A DNA stretch of 64,000 nt from an uncultured Verrucomicrobiae bacterium (GCA_963706955.1 CAVPOC010000001.1:160001-224000), one strand, 5' to 3'; counted from the stretch's first letter, positions 48,841 through 58,882 are shown. The notes: a model not told the origin generated them from the letters alone. Numbers and translations: made by a program.

Positions 48841-50366
48841 AGCGAGTGGGTGTGGTCGGCGGCGGACTCGGTGGTTTGGCTTCGGCTTGTGTGCTGGCCG
48901 CCCGAGGTTATGAAGTCCTCCTCTTCGAGCGCAATGGCTGGATTGGGGGAAAGGCCGCAGTTCTCGAAAGCGAGGGGTTCCGCTTCGACATGGGGCCGAC
49001 GATTTTAACGCTGCCGAGGGTGCTGGATAGAATTTTCCGCGAGGCCGGACGTGATCTCGCGGAGATGCTCGATCTGGTGCGACTTGATCCACAGTGGCGC
49101 TCCTTCTTCGACGACGGCTCGACTCTTGATCTCGTTGCGAATACCGCCGAGATGGTCGAGAAGCTTTCCACTTTCTCTGCGAAGCCGAAAGTTGCCCAGG
49201 GCTATCGACGCTTCATGGCTCTCGCCGAAAGAATGCATCGCATCTCGGACCACTATTTTTTTTGGAAACCGGTCGGCGGTCTTCGCGACATGTTTGATGT
49301 GCGCGCGACGTTTCAGCCGGGCATCCTCGGCGAGATCCTCGCTATGAAGCCGGGACGTTCGGTCGCGGGGGTTGTGCGTGCCCATATTCCGGATTCGCGC
49401 GTTAGTCAGATGGTGGATCATTTTACGCAGTATGTCGGATCAGCCCCTGCCGCATCCCCAGCGGTTCTGTGCGGAATTGCGCATATGCAAACACGCGAGG
49501 GCGTTTGGTACCCGATGGGTGGGACGGGCGCCATTCCGGAGGCGCTCGCGCGCTTGGCTGAGTCTCTTGGTGTCAAGGTCCGCAGCAACGTGCTCGTAGA
49601 GCGCATTGTCACGGCGAGCGGAGTGGTGAGCGGTTTGCGCTTGGGAGACGGCTCAGTCGTCAAGGTCGATGCGGTAGTGTCCAACTGCGATTCGGTGAGA
49701 ACGTATCGCGAGTTGGTGGGGGGCGCCGCGGCAACTGCATTTGAGAAGCGGCGCACGTATGAACCGGCGTGCTCGGGTGTCGTCCTCTACCTGGGCTTGA
49801 AAAAACGGTACGATCATCTCCTTCACCACAACTTCGTCTTTTCGCACGATCCCGATCTGGAATTTCAGGCCATTTATGGCAAGGGCCAGCCCGCTCCCGA
49901 TCCCACCTGTTATGTGTGTGCTCCGGCCGCAACCGACCCCTCCGTGGCGCCCGCGGGCGGAGAAGCTCTCTATGTGCTGGTGCATACCCCTTATCTTCGC
50001 CCCGGTCACGACTGGGCAAGGATGCTCCCCGAGTACCGCCGTGTGATCCTGGAAAAGCTGAAGCGCACCGCGCGAATGCGGGACATCGAATCCCGGATCG
50101 TTTGTGAACACGTGCTTACGCCCGCCGAGATCGATAGCCGCTATCGTGTGCTCAATGGCGCGATTTATGGACTGGCAAGCCATGGGCGTTTTCTCGGCGC
50201 GTTCAAGCCGGGCAATCGGAGCCCCGATGTGCGCGGTCTTTATCTTGCGGGCGGCGCAGCGCACCCCGGACCAGGGATGCCGATGGTCCTGATGTCAGGC
50301 TGGATTGCCGCGGATGCGCTCGATCGAGACGCTTCGGGGAAGAGCCGGCCGCATGCGAATGCCTGA
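48837..50366 (+). CDS. Carotenoid oxidase, CrtP/CrtNb-like
   Basis: GGGLGG, FDMGPT, HFTQYVGS, GAIYG, AHPGPGMP motifs. Confidence 0.88.
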   Translation: MKRVGVVGGGLGGLASACVLAARGYEVLLFERNGWIGGKAAVLESEGFRFDMGPTILTLPRVLDRIFREAGRDLAEMLDLVRLDPQWRSFFDDGSTLDLVANTAEMVEKLSTFSAKPKVAQGYRRFMALAERMHRISDHYFFWKPVGGLRDMFDVRATFQPGILGEILAMKPGRSVAGVVRAHIPDSRVSQMVDHFTQYVGSAPAASPAVLCGIAHMQTREGVWYPMGGTGAIPEALARLAESLGVKVRSNVLVERIVTASGVVSGLRLGDGSVVKVDAVVSNCDSVRTYRELVGGAAATAFEKRRTYEPACSGVVLYLGLKKRYDHLLHHNFVFSHDPDLEFQAIYGKGQPAPDPTCYVCAPAATDPSVAPAGGEALYVLVHTPYLRPGHDWARMLPEYRRVILEKLKRTARMRDIESRIVCEHVLTPAEIDSRYRVLNGAIYGLASHGRFLGAFKPGNRSPDVRGLYLAGGAAHPGPGMPMVLMSGWIAADALDRDASGKSRPHANA

Positions 50367-51165
50367 ATCATCGATGACTCCAAGAGCGCTCCCGCGAGTG
50401 TCTGCCGTCGTCGTCAAGCTGTTTGCTGCTTACAGTCGCCGCTATATGCGGAGGCGATTCCACGCAATCCGAATTCTGAAGTGTCGTCCCCTCCGACCGG
50501 ACATTTCTCGCGCACTGCTCATCTACCTCAACCATGCCTCCTGGTGGGATCCGCTGGTGTGTCTGGATCTTTCGCGAAGGTGGTTTCCAAATCGGAGTTC
50601 CTTTGCGCCCATGGACGCGGCTTCAGTCGAAAGATACAGAATTTTCAAGCAGATAGGAATCTATGCAGTCCAGCAGGACTCGACGCGCGGCGCGGCGGCG
50701 TTTCTACGCACCACCTGCGCGATTTTGGGCGTCAAGCGCAACATGGTCTGGCTGACCCCTCAAGGCTGTTTCATGGATGTGCGAGCGCGCCCGATCCAGT
50801 TGCGGGGCGGCATCGGCGCGCTCGCCTCTCGAATGCCAGAGGTCGAGTTTCTTCCTCTGGCCATCGAGTACACGTTTTGGACGGAGCCGAGGCCTGAGGT
50901 GCTTATTTCATTCGGTCGAGGCATCGTCCCCAGCAAAGAGGTTCGCCGAACCGATGCCGAATGGACGGGAGTGTTCGCCGAGGCGCTCCAGCATACGCAG
51001 GACGAATTGGCTCGCCACTCGTGTCGACGCGATCCGCGCGATTGGCTTCTGCTCGACAGAGGGGCTTCGGGGGTGGGTGCTATCTATGACGCCTGGTGCA
51101 TGCTCCGCGCCCGCCTGAGCGGGACGGCTTTTGCGCGTGACCATCAGCCGGAGGAACGCACTTGA
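50359..51165 (+). CDS. Acyltransferase (carotenoid glycoside acyltransferase candidate)
   Basis: NHASWWD and TPQG motifs; operon context. Confidence 0.8.
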   Translation: MPESSMTPRALPRVSAVVVKLFAAYSRRYMRRRFHAIRILKCRPLRPDISRALLIYLNHASWWDPLVCLDLSRRWFPNRSSFAPMDAASVERYRIFKQIGIYAVQQDSTRGAAAFLRTTCAILGVKRNMVWLTPQGCFMDVRARPIQLRGGIGALASRMPEVEFLPLAIEYTFWTEPRPEVLISFGRGIVPSKEVRRTDAEWTGVFAEALQHTQDELARHSCRRDPRDWLLLDRGASGVGAIYDAWCMLRARLSGTAFARDHQPEERT

Positions 51166-52289
51166 TCGCCGCCCTTATCGGCTTTGTGTTGGCGTCGGCC
51201 ACAGCAATTTTGTTCGTGCGCAATCTCGCACTCTACCGCCCGCCGCCGCACGCGCAGCGAAATCCTGCAGGGACTTCGGTGCTCATTCCTGCGCGGAATG
51301 AGGAGGCGAATATTGGGCCTGCCGTGCGCTCGATTCTTGAAAGCACGGCTGCGCCTATTGAGGTGATCGTTCTCGACGATGCGTCGACTGATCGAACAGC
51401 GCAAATTGTTCGCGAGATCGCCAGGTCCGATCGCCGCGTGCGCATTGAAACCGCCCCGCCTCTTCCGCCGGGCTGGTGTGGAAAACAGCATGCCTGCGAT
51501 GTGCTCGCCCGCCTCGCCTCGCATCCTATCCTAATCTTTGTTGATGCAGACGTGAGGTTGAAACCTGACGCCATTGCACGGATGACGGGGTTTCTCGAGC
51601 AAAGTGGTGCGGCGCTTGCCAGCGGCGTGCCCGAGCAGGTGACTCGCACTTCTTCGGAAAGGTTGCTCGTTCCCCTCATCCATTTTGTGCTCTTGGGATT
51701 TCTGCCGATCCGGCGGATGCGAATCGATCCTCATCCGGCCTTCGGCGCAGGCTGCGGTCAGTTGTTTGTTGCGCTTCGCCACGCCTATCTCGCTTGCGGC
51801 GGACATCGAGCCATCCGGGACACGCTCCACGATGGCCCGAAGCTGCCGCGCGTCTTCCGATCAGCCGGGTTTCGGACCGATCTCTTTGACGCGACGGACA
51901 TTGCCAGCTGTCGCATGTTTTCGACCGGAGCAGAGGTGTGGCGTGGACTCGCCAGAAATGCTGGCGAAGGCCTCGGCTCGCCGCGTCTGATCGGAATCGC
52001 GACGCTCCTTCTGTTCGGTGGTCAGGTCCTTCCGATCCTTTCGCTGGTCGCTGCCAGTGTGAACGGCTCCGCGTTTCAACTCGCATTGTCGCTGGCGGGC
52101 ACTGGCGCGGCCTTGTTGCCTCGCGTGCTTGGTGTCTTTCGATTTCGGCAGCCCCTTGACGGAGCGCTCCTTCATCCGATTGGAATTTGTGCGCTCCTGG
52201 CGATTCAATGGTTTGCCTTTTTCCGCTTGGTGGCCCGGCGACCCGCTATCTGGAAGGGCCGGGAGTATTTTCAAGCGGCCGCGAGGTGA
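51162..52289 (+). CDS. GT2 glycosyltransferase, CrtQ-like
   Basis: IPARNEE, DDASTD, GWCGKQHAC, DADV motifs; C-terminal TM segments. Confidence 0.88.
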   Translation: MIAALIGFVLASATAILFVRNLALYRPPPHAQRNPAGTSVLIPARNEEANIGPAVRSILESTAAPIEVIVLDDASTDRTAQIVREIARSDRRVRIETAPPLPPGWCGKQHACDVLARLASHPILIFVDADVRLKPDAIARMTGFLEQSGAALASGVPEQVTRTSSERLLVPLIHFVLLGFLPIRRMRIDPHPAFGAGCGQLFVALRHAYLACGGHRAIRDTLHDGPKLPRVFRSAGFRTDLFDATDIASCRMFSTGAEVWRGLARNAGEGLGSPRLIGIATLLLFGGQVLPILSLVAASVNGSAFQLALSLAGTGAALLPRVLGVFRFRQPLDGALLHPIGICALLAIQWFAFFRLVARRPAIWKGREYFQAAAR

Positions 52290-52786
52290 AATTCTGGTTT
52301 TCTCTTTTCGGCCTGGTAGGACTCGGCGCCACCATGGCTTCGCCACTCAAGCAAGTGAGCGATTTCGCGCTCAGTGATCAGAATTCAGTTTGTCGCAGAT
52401 ACAGTTTTCCGAAGGAAAAGGTCACCGCGATGACCGTAGCGGATCGTGCGGGCTCCGAACAGCTCGAGCCTTGGATCAGGAGCCTCTACGAGCGTTACGG
52501 AACCCAGATAGACATTGACGGGGTGGCGGATGTTTCCATGGTTCCCCAGTCGCTCCATGGAGTGGTTCGCGCGCTCTTTCGAAACCGTCTTACCCACTCC
52601 GTCATGCTTGATTGGGATGGTTCGGTCGTGAAACGACTCCAGTACCAGCCAGGCGTGGCGAACATCTACGTCATTGATCGCCGCGGAAGCGTCCTCAAGC
52701 GAATAACAGGTCCCGCGAACGCAACTTCCGAGCAGGAGCTCTTTCGAATAATCGATCGTGCCGTCGGCGACCAGCGAACGCGATAG
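52286..52786 (+). CDS. Exported thioredoxin-fold protein without CxxC
   Basis: Signal peptide, FALSDQN, VMLDWDG, IYVIDRRG; GTGA overlap. Confidence 0.65.
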   Translation: MKFWFSLFGLVGLGATMASPLKQVSDFALSDQNSVCRRYSFPKEKVTAMTVADRAGSEQLEPWIRSLYERYGTQIDIDGVADVSMVPQSLHGVVRALFRNRLTHSVMLDWDGSVVKRLQYQPGVANIYVIDRRGSVLKRITGPANATSEQELFRIIDRAVGDQRTR

Positions 52787-52870
52787 TCGGACGACGCTCC
52801 TGCTGTGGATCGATGCCCCGGCGATTCTCTCATTGTCGCATCGCACGTTGAACCCTAGAAACAGCGACGC

Positions 52871-53494
52871 ATGGAGACGATTCTTATCGGCGACATCCAC
52901 GGATGCAGTCGCGAATTTTCCGCATTGCTGGACCATGTCTCACCCCGGCGGGACGACAAACTCATTCTCTTGGGCGACCTCGTCAACAAGGGTCCAGATC
53001 CTGTCGGGGTGCTTAAAATTTTCGCGTCATTGGATTGTGTCTGCCTGCTGGGTAACCATGATTTCGATCATCTCAAGTGGAAGGGTGGGGCTAGTCCAAA
53101 GGCCGAAAGCATTGTCACGAAGCAATTGATTCCCCCGGTGCTCTACGAAAAGTTCCTCAATGAGGTCGCCCGGATGCCTCCGCTCTTCGAAAGTCCCGAT
53201 TTGATTGCGGTCCACGGTGGGCTCTTGAACGGCGTGGCCTTGTCCGAGCAGCCGATGGAGGTGATGACCGGGGACCGAAACTTGCCGAGCGACTGGAAAG
53301 ACGAGATCGTCTTGGATCGGCCGCTCGTCGCGGGGCACAAACGATACGGTTCGGACCCGGCTGTGCCGTTCATTGTGGAGGGTAAGTTCTACGGTCTTGA
53401 TACCGGTTGCGTCTACGGGGGATGTCTTACCGCGCTCCGGATGCCGTCAGGCACGCTGGCACAGGTGCGCGCTGAGCGCGTCTATTCTGATTGA
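52871..53494 (+). CDS. Metallophosphoesterase (ApaH/PrpA-like)
   Basis: GDIHG, GDLVNKG, GNHD, VHGG, LDTG motifs. Confidence 0.9.
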   Translation: METILIGDIHGCSREFSALLDHVSPRRDDKLILLGDLVNKGPDPVGVLKIFASLDCVCLLGNHDFDHLKWKGGASPKAESIVTKQLIPPVLYEKFLNEVARMPPLFESPDLIAVHGGLLNGVALSEQPMEVMTGDRNLPSDWKDEIVLDRPLVAGHKRYGSDPAVPFIVEGKFYGLDTGCVYGGCLTALRMPSGTLAQVRAERVYSD

Positions 53495-53773
53495 AGGGAT
53501 CGGCGGCCGGGACGTCAGCGGCGAAGCCCTTCGGGAAATGGATCGTATGTTTCAATGGCCGGTGGTCATTGCCTACGTCCTGCCGATTATGTTTTTTGTT
53601 TTGCGCAAGACACACGTCTGAGCGCACCACCCGCCGAGTGAGTTTTTACCCAAATCAGAGCGCGGATTATAAATTCGCTCAACCTTGAGTTGTTCCGCCA
53701 AGAGCAATCCTCTACAGATTGAGTAGTGGACTCGCCTACGGAGTCCGTTTCCACCCCAAAAATAAAAGGTCGT

Positions 53774-54961
53774 ATGAAAAGGATTTTTCTGTTCTGGTTC
53801 GCGGCAACGATTGCTCTCACTTCAACGCGGGCGTTTGCCTGGGTCGATGGCGAAGTTCTGGTATGGATCGGGGGAGACAAAGGGTGGCAGGGATTCGCAG
53901 CCCTCGGCAAGAAGTGTGAAACAGAGCTCGGCATTTCCGTCAAAGTGGAGCCGCTGGACGGCCTCACTGACAAGTTTCAGAGCGCCGCTCAGGGGGGTAA
54001 AGGACCCGATATCGTTGTCTGGGCTCATGATCGCCTTGGTGAGTGGGCGGATGCCGGGCTCCTCCGGCCTTTGGAGATCAGTGATAACTTCAAGGCGGGC
54101 TTTCTTCCCCTCGCGTGGGAGGCCGTCACCCACAACAAGCAGATCTGGGGCTATCCTCTCGCCCTCGAAGCAGTTTCGCTGATCTACAACAAGCAGCTTG
54201 TCTCGGGAACTCCGCCGACGCAGCTCTCGGAGATGAAAGCCTTTGCGAAGGCACTTCAGGCGACGCATCCGAAAGTCAGTCCGATCATGTGGGACTACAC
54301 CAGCCCGTATTTCAGCTGGCCATTCCTAGCGAGTAATGGCGGATACGCCTTCAAACCGGTTGAGGGTGGTTACGACGTTTCAGACTCAGGAGTAAACACC
54401 CCCGGCGCCGTGGAGGGCTTGCAGCAAATCGTTGACCTGATCAGCTCCGGTCTCATGCCAAAGGGAATCAGCTACAGTGTCGTGAGCCAGAAGATGTGTA
54501 GCGGTGAGTTGGCCATGATGGTGAGCGGTCCATGGGCGTGGCTCGATCTTCGCAAGTGCGGAGTCGACTTCGATTTGGCGCCGCTGCCCGGGGTCGGTGG
54601 CAAACCTGGCCGCCCCTTCGTCGGCGTCCTCTCGGCGTTAATCAATCGCGCAAGTCCGAACGCAGATCTGGCTGCGCAGTTTCTCGAGAAGTATGTTTGC
54701 ACCGAGGAAGGTCTGAAGACAATTGACGCCGACGTGGCGATTGGCGTTCCGGCGCTCAAGAGTCTCGCGGATAAGATGAGCGCCGACAATCGGCTGATCA
54801 AGATCACCTACCAAAACGCTCTCAACGGAGTGGTGATGCCGAACATTCCTCAAATGGGGAGGTTTTGGAGTGCAATGGGCGCCGCCCTCCAGGTAGCCAC
54901 CAACGGACAAGCTACTCCGCAGGCTGCCTTGGACGAGGCGGCAAGAATGATCGAAAAATAG
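53774..54961 (+). CDS. malE: Maltose/maltodextrin ABC binding protein
   Basis: WIGGDKG, GPDIVVWAHDRLG, GPWAW, PFVGVL, MPNIPQM motifs. Confidence 0.92.
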   Translation: MKRIFLFWFAATIALTSTRAFAWVDGEVLVWIGGDKGWQGFAALGKKCETELGISVKVEPLDGLTDKFQSAAQGGKGPDIVVWAHDRLGEWADAGLLRPLEISDNFKAGFLPLAWEAVTHNKQIWGYPLALEAVSLIYNKQLVSGTPPTQLSEMKAFAKALQATHPKVSPIMWDYTSPYFSWPFLASNGGYAFKPVEGGYDVSDSGVNTPGAVEGLQQIVDLISSGLMPKGISYSVVSQKMCSGELAMMVSGPWAWLDLRKCGVDFDLAPLPGVGGKPGRPFVGVLSALINRASPNADLAAQFLEKYVCTEEGLKTIDADVAIGVPALKSLADKMSADNRLIKITYQNALNGVVMPNIPQMGRFWSAMGAALQVATNGQATPQAALDEAARMIEK

Positions 54962-55042
54962 GAGCGTCACCGATCCCGCCTCGTTCGTAGAGCAATTTTG
55001 AGTGGCGGCTCGGTTCCCCACAGGTATTTTCGTGCCGGCTTG

Positions 55043-56731
55043 ATGGATCAGAATTCGACTTCAACTTGGTTCGCTCTTCGAAATCCCGTTTTTGCCCGGC
55101 TTTGGCTGGCTAGTGTGCTTTCGGGGACTTTCGTCTCCGCCCAGGACGTTACGGCCACGTGGTTGATGCATGATTTGGGAGCCTCGGCGTTTGCACTCTC
55201 GTTGATGGCCACAGCGGCGTCGGCACCGTTCTTTCTCTTCACGCTGCCGGCGGGGGCGATTGCTGACATTGTCAACCGAAGAGTCGTCATAGTCTGCGCC
55301 GTCCTCTGGCAAGCTGCGTGTTCCGTCCTGCTGGCCATCGCCGCTTGGACGGATCTCTTAGCGATTCCATTTGTCCTTGCCTGCATCTTTGCCCTCGGGA
55401 TCGGCTTAGCGTTTGGGGCGCCCGTCTGGGGGGCGATCGTTCCCGATATCGTCGATAAGGAGGAGTTGCCTTCTGCCATCACCCTGGGAGGCGTCCAACT
55501 CAATCTTTCCGGAATTATCGGTCCGGCCTTGGGGGGCCTGCTGTTGCCACTGTTGGGCGCACCACTCTTAATTTCAGTCAATGGATTGACCTTTGTGGCT
55601 GTTGCGCTCGTGGTTCTTCAATGGAAACCTCGGCAGACTCTTTCCTCTAAGCTTCGCGAGAACTTTACCGAGTCATTCATCAGTTCCTTGCGGTATGCGC
55701 GCAATTCGGACCGTATGAAAGTGATCCTTTTCCGGAACGTCTTGTTTTCGGTGGTGATCTCGGTCATCCCGGCCCTCTTGCCGGTGATTGCGTTAAAGGA
55801 AATGAATTCTTCGGCTGCGCAGCTCGGTTTAATCTTTACCTGCGTCGGCATCGGCTCGCTGGTTGGTGCGGTTTTCATCTTGCCGTTTCTCCGGCAACGG
55901 ATCTCTCCGAATGCCATCATCTCCACCGCCATGGTGATCATGAGCGGCGTCCTGGTTTCGATGGCTTTGGTGCGACACATTTATCTATTGATGATATTCG
56001 CCACCTTTGCAGGTGTCGCTTGGGCGCTCGCAGGATCTGAGATTTGGATAGCCGGACAGCGGGTAATGCCTGGGTGGGTCCGCGGCCGCATGAACTCATT
56101 TCAAATAATGATCGGGCAAGGAAGCATGGCGGTGGCCGCCGTCATCTGGGGAGTGGGAGCAAACAACCTGAGCCTCGATATAACTTTCGCGGCGGCAGCG
56201 TTCATGGCGCTCCTCGCCTTAGTCTTGGGATATAAATTTTCGATCAATTTTGCCGCGGAAGCGGCCGTTGATGCGGCGCCGATAAGCCACCAGCACGAGT
56301 TTCCCGTCACGCCAGGCGATGACGATGGCCCGGTAACTGTGACCATCGAATACAATATCCTCAACGATGATCGAGAACAGTTTCGTCTCTTAACGCAGGA
56401 AGTTGAGGCCATCTGTCGACGAAACGGCGCTTTTCAATGCCAACTTGACGAAAGCTTGGAGCAACCGGGATTGTTCCGCTTGGAGTATATCGTCTCCACC
56501 TGGGCGGAGCATTTGCGCCAGAACCTGCGTATGACCATCGACGAGACGAAGGTCTTCCAAAAAGTCTGGGAGCTGCACGTGGGTGAAACTGAACCTATGG
56601 TCCGCCACTTCCTCTCGACCGAAGCGTTCATGCACCTCGAAGGATTCGGTTTTTCGGGTCGAACTTTCGTGAATACGTCGAGAATGCCCAAGCCGAAGGC
56701 AAGAATGGTCGAAGTGACCACCGATGCATGA
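55043..56731 (+). CDS. MFS transporter (MFS_3/DUF894-type) with C-terminal soluble domain, copy 1
   Basis: FARLWLAS, LPAGAIAD, PGWVRGR, DGPVTVTIEY motifs. Confidence 0.88.
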   Translation: MDQNSTSTWFALRNPVFARLWLASVLSGTFVSAQDVTATWLMHDLGASAFALSLMATAASAPFFLFTLPAGAIADIVNRRVVIVCAVLWQAACSVLLAIAAWTDLLAIPFVLACIFALGIGLAFGAPVWGAIVPDIVDKEELPSAITLGGVQLNLSGIIGPALGGLLLPLLGAPLLISVNGLTFVAVALVVLQWKPRQTLSSKLRENFTESFISSLRYARNSDRMKVILFRNVLFSVVISVIPALLPVIALKEMNSSAAQLGLIFTCVGIGSLVGAVFILPFLRQRISPNAIISTAMVIMSGVLVSMALVRHIYLLMIFATFAGVAWALAGSEIWIAGQRVMPGWVRGRMNSFQIMIGQGSMAVAAVIWGVGANNLSLDITFAAAAFMALLALVLGYKFSINFAAEAAVDAAPISHQHEFPVTPGDDDGPVTVTIEYNILNDDREQFRLLTQEVEAICRRNGAFQCQLDESLEQPGLFRLEYIVSTWAEHLRQNLRMTIDETKVFQKVWELHVGETEPMVRHFLSTEAFMHLEGFGFSGRTFVNTSRMPKPKARMVEVTTDA

Positions 56732-56732
56732 T

Positions 56733-57096
56733 CCGGCGATATTGGTCCTCCTCGTGCTCGTCCTCGTCCCTCGTCCTCGAAAACACTCCACCAACTCGAG
56801 GACGAGTAGGAGGACGAAGGACGAGGACGAACAGGGCCACTGCCCGTGTTTCGCCGGAGCTTGGAGAAGTGAAGTAAGGTTGCCCCGAAGAATGCAATTG
56901 AGTCAGTTGCCCTGCCGGCGATGTTTTGTCGTCCTCGTCCTCGTCCCTCGTCCTCGTTCTCGAAACCACCTCCACCAACTCGAGGACGAGGAGGAGGAGG
57001 AAGGACGAGGACGAACAGGGCCACTGCCCGGGTGTCGCGAGAGCCCGAAAAAGTGAAGTAAGGTTACCCAAAGCATGCGATTGAGTCTGCCGCTGC
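56733..57096. repeat. Two diverged ~182-bp tandem units with CTCGTC/GACGAG hairpins
   Basis: Units start CCGGCGAT at 56733 and 56915 and share CCACCAACTCGAGGACGAG, GAACAGGGCCACTGCCCG, AAGTGAAGTAAGGTT and ATTGAGTC. Confidence 0.9.
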
Positions 57097-57133
57097 GGGC
57101 TGCTATCTATTCTTTCGAGAACCTCGACTGGAT

Positions 57134-58816
57134 ATGACTTCGACTTCGACTTGGTTCGCTTTAAAAAATCCGGTTTTTCGCAGACTGTGGCTGGCCAGCG
57201 CGCTTTCGGGAACGTTCGTCTCCGCGCAAGATATCGCCGCGACCTGGTTGATGCACGATCTGGGAGCATCGTCATTCCTGCTGTCGCTGATGGCGACCGC
57301 TGCCTCTGCGCCGTTTTTTCTCTTCACTTTACCGGCAGGAGCGGTCGCTGACATTGCCAACCGTCGCACCGTCATCGTTACCGCCGTGCTCTGGCAAGCC
57401 GCGTGCTCGGCACTGCTTGCTGTGGGAGCCTGGACGGGAGCGACTAACCCCAGCCTCGTGCTCCTTTGTATTTTCCTGCTCGGAGCGGGGGTGGCGTTTT
57501 ACGCTCCCGTTTGGGGGGCGATCGTTCCTGATATCGCCAGCAAGGATGAACTGGCATCGGCCATCACTCTGGGAGGAGTGCAGCTGAACCTCTCGGGAAT
57601 TGTCGGTCCGGCCTTGGCAGGCTTCCTGTTGCCGTTGCTGGGAGTTCCACTACTGATTTCCGTCAATGCTGTTTCGTTTTTGATTGTCGCTGCTGCTGTG
57701 TGGCAGTGGAAGCCGCGTCGGGACGAGTTGCTGGAGCTTCGCGAAAGCTTCGTCGAATCGTTTATCTCTTCACTGCGCTATGCTCGTCATTCGCACGGCA
57801 TGAAGGTCGTTCTCTTCAGGAACGTGCTCTTTTCACTGGTGATTTCGATTATACCGGCGCTTTTGCCTGTGATCGCGCTCAAGGAACTGCAGCTTTCCGC
57901 AGCGCAGCTAGGCTTCGTCTTTACCTGTCTGGCAATCGGTTCCTTGGTGGGAGCCGTTTTCGCGCTTCCCTACCTGAGGGCGAAGACCTCGCAGAATGCA
58001 ATCACGTCGATTTCCATGATGATACTGGTCTGCGTGCTGCTCACGATGGCGTTCCTGCGTCAGCTCCCCAGCTTGATGGTTTGTGCATTCTTCGCGGGCG
58101 TGGCCTGGTCGTTGGCCGGATCCGAGCTTTGGGTCGCCGGACAGCGCGTCATACCGGGGTGGGTGCGTGGCCGGATGAACGCCTTTCAGATCATGCTCGG
58201 ACAGGGTGGGATCGCGATTGGCGCGCTGATATGGGGTGCGGGTGTGACGCATGCTGGTCTTACACTTACCTTTTCTGCGGCCGCCATCTTTGCGCTCGCG
58301 GTGTTAGCGATCGGCCATCGCGTTTCGATCAATTTTGCCGCCGAGGCGATCGTTGATGCAGCGCCATTTACTCCGGATTGGAACTTTCCCGCTTGCCCGG
58401 ATCACGACGACGGGCCTGTGACCGTTACAATCAAATATACCATCGCCAAAGAAGATCGGGAGAGGTTTTACACTTTGATGCAGGGAGTTCAGGCCACTAT
58501 TCGGCGCAACGGCGCGTTCGATTGCCGGCTGGATGAAAGCCTGGACAATCCCGGACTTTTCCGTCTTGAATTCCAACTATCCACCTGGGCTGATCACCTT
58601 CGGCAGACGAATCGCATGACGGTGGACGATCGCACCGTCTTCAATGATGCGTGGGACTTGCACGCGGCAGACGCCAGTCCGGATGTTCACTATTATGTTT
58701 CCAGCCAGAAATGCGTGTTTCCAAACAATTTTGGTTTCAGCGGTCGGACGTTTTCGACGACCTCGACGTTGCCGAAGCGAAAGTATTCGGTGGCGACCCG
58801 CCCGGCAGTGTCATGA
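57134..58816 (+). CDS. MFS transporter, copy 2 (paralog of 55043-56731)
   Basis: Colinear similarity over the full length, e.g. ATWLMHDLGAS and AITLGGVQLNLSGI. Confidence 0.88.
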   Translation: MTSTSTWFALKNPVFRRLWLASALSGTFVSAQDIAATWLMHDLGASSFLLSLMATAASAPFFLFTLPAGAVADIANRRTVIVTAVLWQAACSALLAVGAWTGATNPSLVLLCIFLLGAGVAFYAPVWGAIVPDIASKDELASAITLGGVQLNLSGIVGPALAGFLLPLLGVPLLISVNAVSFLIVAAAVWQWKPRRDELLELRESFVESFISSLRYARHSHGMKVVLFRNVLFSLVISIIPALLPVIALKELQLSAAQLGFVFTCLAIGSLVGAVFALPYLRAKTSQNAITSISMMILVCVLLTMAFLRQLPSLMVCAFFAGVAWSLAGSELWVAGQRVIPGWVRGRMNAFQIMLGQGGIAIGALIWGAGVTHAGLTLTFSAAAIFALAVLAIGHRVSINFAAEAIVDAAPFTPDWNFPACPDHDDGPVTVTIKYTIAKEDRERFYTLMQGVQATIRRNGAFDCRLDESLDNPGLFRLEFQLSTWADHLRQTNRMTVDDRTVFNDAWDLHAADASPDVHYYVSSQKCVFPNNFGFSGRTFSTTSTLPKRKYSVATRPAVS

Positions 58817-58882
58817 CGACTTCATGCCCCGCGCTCGCCACTCTTTCGTCCTGCTGCGGAGCACCTGCGGAGTTTCGGGGCC

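Noticed and set aside
56733..57096. Possible CRISPR array
   Set aside because: Only two long diverged units, no repeat-spacer pattern and no cas genes.
56390..57275. ORFs with EDE/RGR/LVL runs across the repeat region
   Set aside because: These are translations of the CTCGTC/GACGAG hairpin repeats and overlap the MFS genes.
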